A DNA stretch of 56,016 nucleotides, counting the filler, from Sphacelaria rigidula (taxonomy: Eukaryota): the NCBI GenBank assembly GCA_964200075.2. It is 6 parts of 6 records of this genome, joined end to end, with 100 filler letters (N's around TTAATTAATTAA, not from the genome) between each part and the next. Parts side by side here need not be neighbours in the genome. Positions count along the whole stretch, not along the records: positions 46,765 to 56,016 come from CAXNAA020008920.1; 5 more parts are not named here. One strand, given 5' to 3'. This document shows positions 50,455-56,016 of this stretch, piece by piece. Below the pieces are notes generated by a model. It searched no databases, was not told where the DNA came from, and saw nothing but the letters and a program-made list of their open reading frames with translations. Position numbers and translations under genes: made by a program. Numbering within the stretch: position 1 is the stretch's first letter; every line of letters starts with the position of its first letter.

Positions 50455-50871
50455 GTGAGGAATGATCTGAGCGTGATGGTACGATAGTTCCCCCCTCCCC
50501 CCCAAAAAAAAACCCGGCTAGTTCGAGGAGGCAAAATCATGTAAACCAAGATGACAAAGACCGAGCACGACGAGCAGCTGGTAACTCCCATGCTCGGGAT
50601 AGTTTTCGCGAGTGTCGCCCATATTAGGGGCGTCATGAGTTCTGAAGCCAGTTATCATGCGCTATATGGCCATTTTGCTTCGACGCAGTTTTGGGGCTGG
50701 TTTCGGGGTGGGGGGACTATCACGGCGGTACTTATACGTCACCGACATGACCCTCTGGCCGCACACTCGATATTTTTTAATCGCTTGTGTGCCATGTGGC
50801 GCCTTTAATGTGATGTAGCGATGCCGAAGCGAATCGAGGTACTGTAGAGGAAAGCCCTTCGAAAACAGCCA

Positions 50872-51156
50872 AGTGCATCTGTTCACTTCGGAATTTTTCA
50901 AGGGTCGTACAAGCGATGATTTCGTCTGGGTATTACTTGGTTTTAGTATGATCGATTTGACTCGTGCGAATCAACCCCAGGCTTTGTTTTCAGCGTTGCA
51001 AGCCAGGTACACGCAGCCAAGACACGTGGAATGGTGCAAAAGGTGCGTGGATACCCCTTGGACCAGCGATCAACTTTTTTTCTCCCTTTGAGGCAATCAG
51101 ACCGAAGAAATCGTGGATTTGGTGATTCGTAGTCGTGATGATTCGTCCTAACCGTG
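50872..51156 (-). repeat. Inverted copy of the 13917-14246 MITE-like family inside the USP intron
   Basis: Reverse complement aligns with 13980-14242 and 36041-36297. Confidence 0.8.
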
Positions 51157-51449
51157 GAACTTTTGCCCGCGTGAGAATGAAGTCCATGGATAGCTTATGG
51201 AGTCCATGGATAGCTTGCAGTCACCGTTGAGTACTTCCCATCGTCGAGTTGATCGTCACTCGGCTAAAGGGTATTGTGCTTTGCTGAGTACGAATGTTGT
51301 TCTTGATTCTATTTTCGGGGATGAGGTGTTTCGGAAAGCCCACAGTTGTTTGTTCGTGTATGCGAGTCCATGCTGTGATGTTTTTTTTTCATCTCCTCGC
51401 CCAATAAGATGCCTCATACAAATGATTGTTGGGCCGTTACTCTTCCCAG

Positions 51450-51530
51450 GGTGGCGGAAGAACAGCTTCTGCGTACATGCTCCAGTATGTTCGCGATGAG
51501 GTTGCCAGCGCTGAGGTATGCGGGGGTTGA
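51450..51530 (+). CDS. Same ubiquitin carboxyl-terminal hydrolase, probable terminal exon
   Basis: TCTTCCCAG acceptor in phase 0; GGGRTASAYMLQYVRDEVASAEVCGG* contains the C19 closing motif AYMLxY; an alternative donor GAG|GTATGC exists at 51515/51516. Confidence 0.85.
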   Translation, partial: GGGRTASAYMLQYVRDEVASAEVCGG

Positions 51531-51794
51531 TGATAAAGATTGAAATTTGTTTGAAACGAAGTGATGCAAAACGTGATGCTTGCAATGACATATCACTATC
51601 GTATCATTTGATGAGATACAACATGATATTTGAGAGTTCACGGCCGGACTGCTTTTGCTTTGTCTCTGCCTTGTGGAGAGATACTTTGAATCAGTGTAGC
51701 GCGTTTTCGTTCAGCTCGGTTCAGCGTCAGTTGTAAAGCGTTTGCGCACGTCGGACAGCTCAACTCACCTCAGTTCATGTCAACTGATTTTCGT

Positions 51795-52148
51795 GTACTT
51801 CAGCGTTAATTCATACGGTACAAGTTATACGGTACAACTCAGCGGTACCTTTTACCACCGGCCAGGTTACACGGTTTCACTCAGCAGTCCCAATTTGTTT
51901 GTATGAGTATTGTGGTACTCAACAGCGGTACCTATACCCACTGGCTAAGTAATACAGTATAACCCCACCCGTGTAACCCAGCCTCACCTATTTCCCCTGC
52001 CTGGGTCTAACAGTGTACAATGTCTAACTCAGCGGTGTGTATTTCCACGGGATGAGCTGTATGGTATACTCGTACCTCAGCGATACCGTTTCCCACCGGC
52101 TGAGCTATATGCTATACCTCAGCGATACCTATCTCCTCCTGATGAGTT
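51795..52148. repeat. Degenerate minisatellite of ~40-50-bp mini-hairpin units
   Basis: Repeated (A/C)CTCAGCG(G/A)TACC ... CCAC(C/T)GG...TGAG units. Confidence 0.6.
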
Positions 52149-52322
52149 TTCATACATGACTGAGTGAACTCGTGAGTTGTACGACGTGTGCACGTTTGTG
52201 ACCACGGGTTGGATTTATGACATCAGCCTTCGTCATGAATCAACCAATTCCGAATGAATGGATATTGTTGGTCGCAATTTCAGTGAGATTATTATTTTTC
52301 ACATTATTTTAGTTATCGGTGA

Positions 52323-52381
<59 letters not shown>
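52323..52381. repeat. (AGT)n microsatellite
   Basis: Directly visible. Confidence 0.95.
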
Positions 52382-53004
52382 CTAGGAGTATTGTTATTTA
52401 TAATTCGCATTTTCTTAATGTTATACTTTACATTAGGGGCGTAAATGTCCCTCTGCCCCATACTTCCACCAGTATCCAAGTGACGCTCAAATCGATACCG
52501 CATCAAAGTCAAAAAGTGATCGTTTTCACAACATTTTTCCAACATGCTCTGACTAGACGAGAAAGCCTTCACTCCTCTCAATTACCCCGCACAAGCAGGG
52601 CAAAAAATGACCCGTTCTCAAAACAGTCAAGTTATATCTATACCCAACGATTATTGAAAACCCCGCATCCCGGAGTCTATCAATCGTACTCATTGTAACT
52701 GCACCCATGCACAGCAATTCAGTGTTTTTTTGCGTCACGAACCACTGCCACTTAACCAGGCCGGGACACACATCGGGCAACGCGGGGGGCGACCTACGTG
52801 CGCTGGTAGAACGCAGTAGAACGCCGGGTGATGTGCGCTGGTACAAGAAAAGTTATATTCTCAACATTGTGACGAAAAAGCGTAGTGCGCTGTTGTCGAA
52901 TGCTCTGCCATCGTGCTGTGGGGGTGGTTTCTCCCGCGTCGGGTTCAAGATCGGGGTTTCAAAATGACAGCTGACTACGAACGAGGAAATGAAGCTTGTC
53001 GTGT

Positions 53005-53695
53005 TGCTCACTTCGTGCCCGCACCGCAAAACAGTCGATACGGGGAGGAAAATTCCAGCACAACAAGGGTGTTTGCTGTATACAAGACAAACTTTACCGG
53101 CTTCCTTGCGTCTCTTGCGGGATCGGACGATCAGCGGTACGGTAGTACGGCACGAGCACTGAAAGAGGAGAGTCCGAGCATGGCGGGAGACGAGGCAGAC
53201 GACAGTGGAGTACTGAGTAGTATTGAATGTACGGACAGTAGGGCAGTAGAGCGCTGGAGTCGTTATTGTGTAATAGCAGACTGCAGCTGATCGGAATTTC
53301 AAAATCGGGATGGAACGCACGATTTCGTCTCCAATCCTCGACTAGACGAGCTGTAAATGGTCAAGAGTCACCTCATCCTTTGACTCAGCAAACACACGGT
53401 CGCTGTGGTCATGTTGTCTACTTCGCGTCCGCATCGCAGAACAATCGATAGGGTTGGGCAAACTGCAGCACAGTAACGATGACTGCTGCATACAAAGCAA
53501 AGTGTACCGATAGTACAGCAGTAGAGCACTACAGTAATTACAGTATAATAGCGGACTGCAGCTGGTCTGAATTTCGAAATCGTCATGAAACGTACGATTT
53601 TGCCATCAATCCTGGACTAAACGAGTTGTAATTGGCCCCAAGTCAACAGAGTCAACTTATCCGTCCACTCAGCAAGCACACAGTTGCTGCAGTGG
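53005..53695. repeat. Diverged tandem duplication with internal indel
   Basis: TAATAGC.GACTGCAGCTG..GAATTTC.AAATCG...CAATCCT.GACTA.ACGAG.TGTAA and ACTCAGCAA.CACAC.GT each occur twice, ~275-290 bp apart. Confidence 0.75.
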
Positions 53696-53851
53696 CCTAT
53701 GCTCGCCTCCTAGGACCTTTTCATATGTTTGTCTCAATCGACCACCCCGTCCCTGGTGATCCATCGACCTTCACAATTTCTCTTGACAACTTTGATTCGT
53801 CGCTCATACCCTCATTCGTGTATTGCATCACCTGAACTACACAGTGAAATA

Positions 53852-54128
53852 AGACAAAAAAACGAGAATGAGCCGCTTCCTCACCCTGTGAGTTTCGAAT
53901 TTAGTACAGTAGTTGAAATGGAGTAGAGAAGGCCAATCGCGCGATCAATTTAGCTGAACAGGGAAGAGCATCTCTACCGTACGCGCGGTCAGACCAAAAA
54001 ACGAGAATGAGTTGCCTCCTCACCATATGAGTCTCGGTTTTAGTATAGTAGTTGGAACTGAGCAGAGAAAACAGATCGTCGACCCATGTATTTGAGTAAA
54101 GAACAGCATCTCTCCCTTATGCGCGATC
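53852..54128. repeat. Tandem duplication, ~139-bp unit
   Basis: AGAC.AAAAAACGAGAATGAG...CCTCACC..TGAGT.TCG..TTTAGTA.AGTAGTTG...AGCATCTCT twice. Confidence 0.85.
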
Positions 54129-54719
54129 GCGGGTTTAATCCTTTTGGACCTATTTATGGAGAAGTGACGATTTACAATTGACCTTTGTATGGTCAAGATA
54201 TGTTTTTTTTCCTGCAAGTGTTGATCATACAGCACACCAAAGCGGTACACCACTCGAAGTTCAAGTAAACACTAATGTGACAGATTCGTGCACCGAAATC
54301 GAAGTGACGTTTTCCGGTGATGAAAGCTCGCATGTGGTAGTTTGTACTGTTTTTCGCGAGTTGCAAGAGAGTTGAATCCTCACTAAGGCCGTTTCTTCCG
54401 GTTCGGTTTTTTCCCTTCGTTTTTTGCAACAAATTATGAGGAAAAAAACCGATAGGAAAATACTAAGAGAGATGTTGACCCTAGCTTACTGTTGCAGATA
54501 TATCTTTGAGGGGGTTGGGTACCAAAAGAGTGGGGAGATATCAAAAGGACGGTCAGCGAAATTCAAAGGGGGATGTGCAGGCCGAGGCGAGGAACGAAGA
54601 CCAGAAGACTTCGCCATGCCAAGCTCCCTGTGTTTGTGTAAGAAGACGTGAAACATGGACCTCCCCCGATCGCTGCTGGCCCAGCTCGCACTGTGTGCAA
54701 ACTGACATGTTCAGTCTAC

Positions 54720-55180
54720 ACTGCCGTATCCCGTATGCGGCAGTAGAGAGAAAAGTATTGTACTGTCTAGTACTGTCTGTACTGCACTTCTCCACATCAA
54801 TTCTAGTGCAGCCGTTGTATATCACCGTCTCCAACCTGACATGTGCGCATTTATACTGCCGTATGCGGCAGGCAGAGCAGGCAGTATTGTACTGCATCGT
54901 TCTGTCTGTACTGCAAGTTGCCCACATCATATTTGGTGCAGCCGTTGGGTGCAGCATGGCATGTGGATCCTACTGTTCAGTGCGGCTGTGCAGACAGTGT
55001 AGTACTGCCTGGTGTTGTCTGTATTGCACGTTGTCCGCATATCTCACCTTGTACGCATCATTTTTAGTACAGCCGTGCGTACTACTGCTGTGTTCAAACT
55101 GACACCTACAACTCACTGCATGAGACAGCACAGACAGTATCCTGTAATCTCTGCGATGGGTACTGTCTGTGCTGCAGGTT
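54720..55180. repeat. Degenerate tandem repeat (3-4 units of ~120-135 bp)
   Basis: CCGTATGCGGCAG, AGTATTGTACTG, TGTCTGTA(C/T)TGCA and GT(G/A)CAGCCGT recur. Confidence 0.7.
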
Positions 55181-56016
55181 TTCGAGAGCACGGTCGATGC
55201 CAATAGATCATCGGCCCCTGATGACATCTCGCGTGCGCCGGGATGGCGAAGCAGAGTTTGGTCTAGTGTATAAACGGCGCTGGGGATGTTCGATATTGCT
55301 GTCAGGAGAGCCCCGCAGATGTCGAAGGGCACAAACATATTCAGGGCTGGCGGGCGTTGCTAGTCTCGCCGCGCCGCGAATAAAAAGAAACGAGAGAAAA
55401 ATACAAGTCGATCTCGTCTCGTACTTTTGCAAGAAATACAAGCCAGGAGGGCCCACCTCGTAAATTTCCCTCGTCTTGTATTTTTTCCCCGAGAGTCTCG
55501 TGAAAAAACGAACCTCAAGTAGCCATCTTGTATTTTCCCCTCCTTATTTGTAAAAGGCGAGGGAAAAAAACGAACCAGAAGAAACGGCATAAGCTGTGTT
55601 TTTTTTTTCCCCGTTGGTGGTGCAACATCACAATCTTGTTTCTTCACGTCGGGCACAACCTTGTTTTTTTTGCGTCGGGATGGTCGCTCCCCCCTCCCCC
55701 CTCCCTGCGCACGTGTCATCTTGATCAATTGTTACTGTTGTTATTGCCAACCCTGCAAGGCCATCTGATCGATGTTCTTTACTAATCAGCATTGCTGTTT
55801 TTATTATTCTCTCGTCGTTAAGTAACGGTACCGGGATATTAGCCCCCCCCCCGCCCCCCAAACCCCCGATGGGGTTGGCATCGGTTGGCGATGACGCTAC
55901 AAAACATGCCACTCACTGCGTAAGCTAGGCAACCAGGTGACCGATTTGTTTTTGCGCGCTTGCGTGTTTTTTGCTGTGACCACGATGATAGTCGAGCTAG
56001 ATCATGTTGTGCGGCG

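Noticed and set aside
39684..51530. Apparent cluster of two USP-family genes (USP39 and USP7-like), or a single fused gene
   Set aside because: They lie on different contigs joined by an artificial linker in size order, and USP39 has its own stop at 44968.

Overview
This is eukaryotic, repeat-rich, large-intron genomic DNA. It is most consistent with a brown alga (Phaeophyceae, Ectocarpus-like), inferred from the SINE/LINE types, TTAGGG motifs and intron style. The window is not one locus. It is six unrelated contigs of 9254, 9253, 9253, 9252, 9252 and 9252 bp, sorted by size and joined by artificial 100-bp linkers (44 N + TTAATTAATTAA + 44 N), so adjacency across gaps carries no biological meaning. 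Supported host-gene fragments: (1) the last three exons of a USP39/Sad1 spliceosomal pseudo-deubiquitinase with an unexpected SAP/HeH-like insertion; (2) two 3' exons of a USP7/UBP12-like deubiquitinase with an intact His box; (3) one isolated GC-AG exon resembling the dynein heavy chain N2 region. The rest is mostly mobile or repetitive DNA: a decayed RTE-type LINE, LINE 3' ends with microsatellite tails, tRNA-derived SINEs, several MITE/foldback families, hairpins, tandem duplications and probable decayed coding relics. I found no CRISPR array, rRNA, intact tRNA or multi-gene novel system. Almost all ORF-track entries are spurious.
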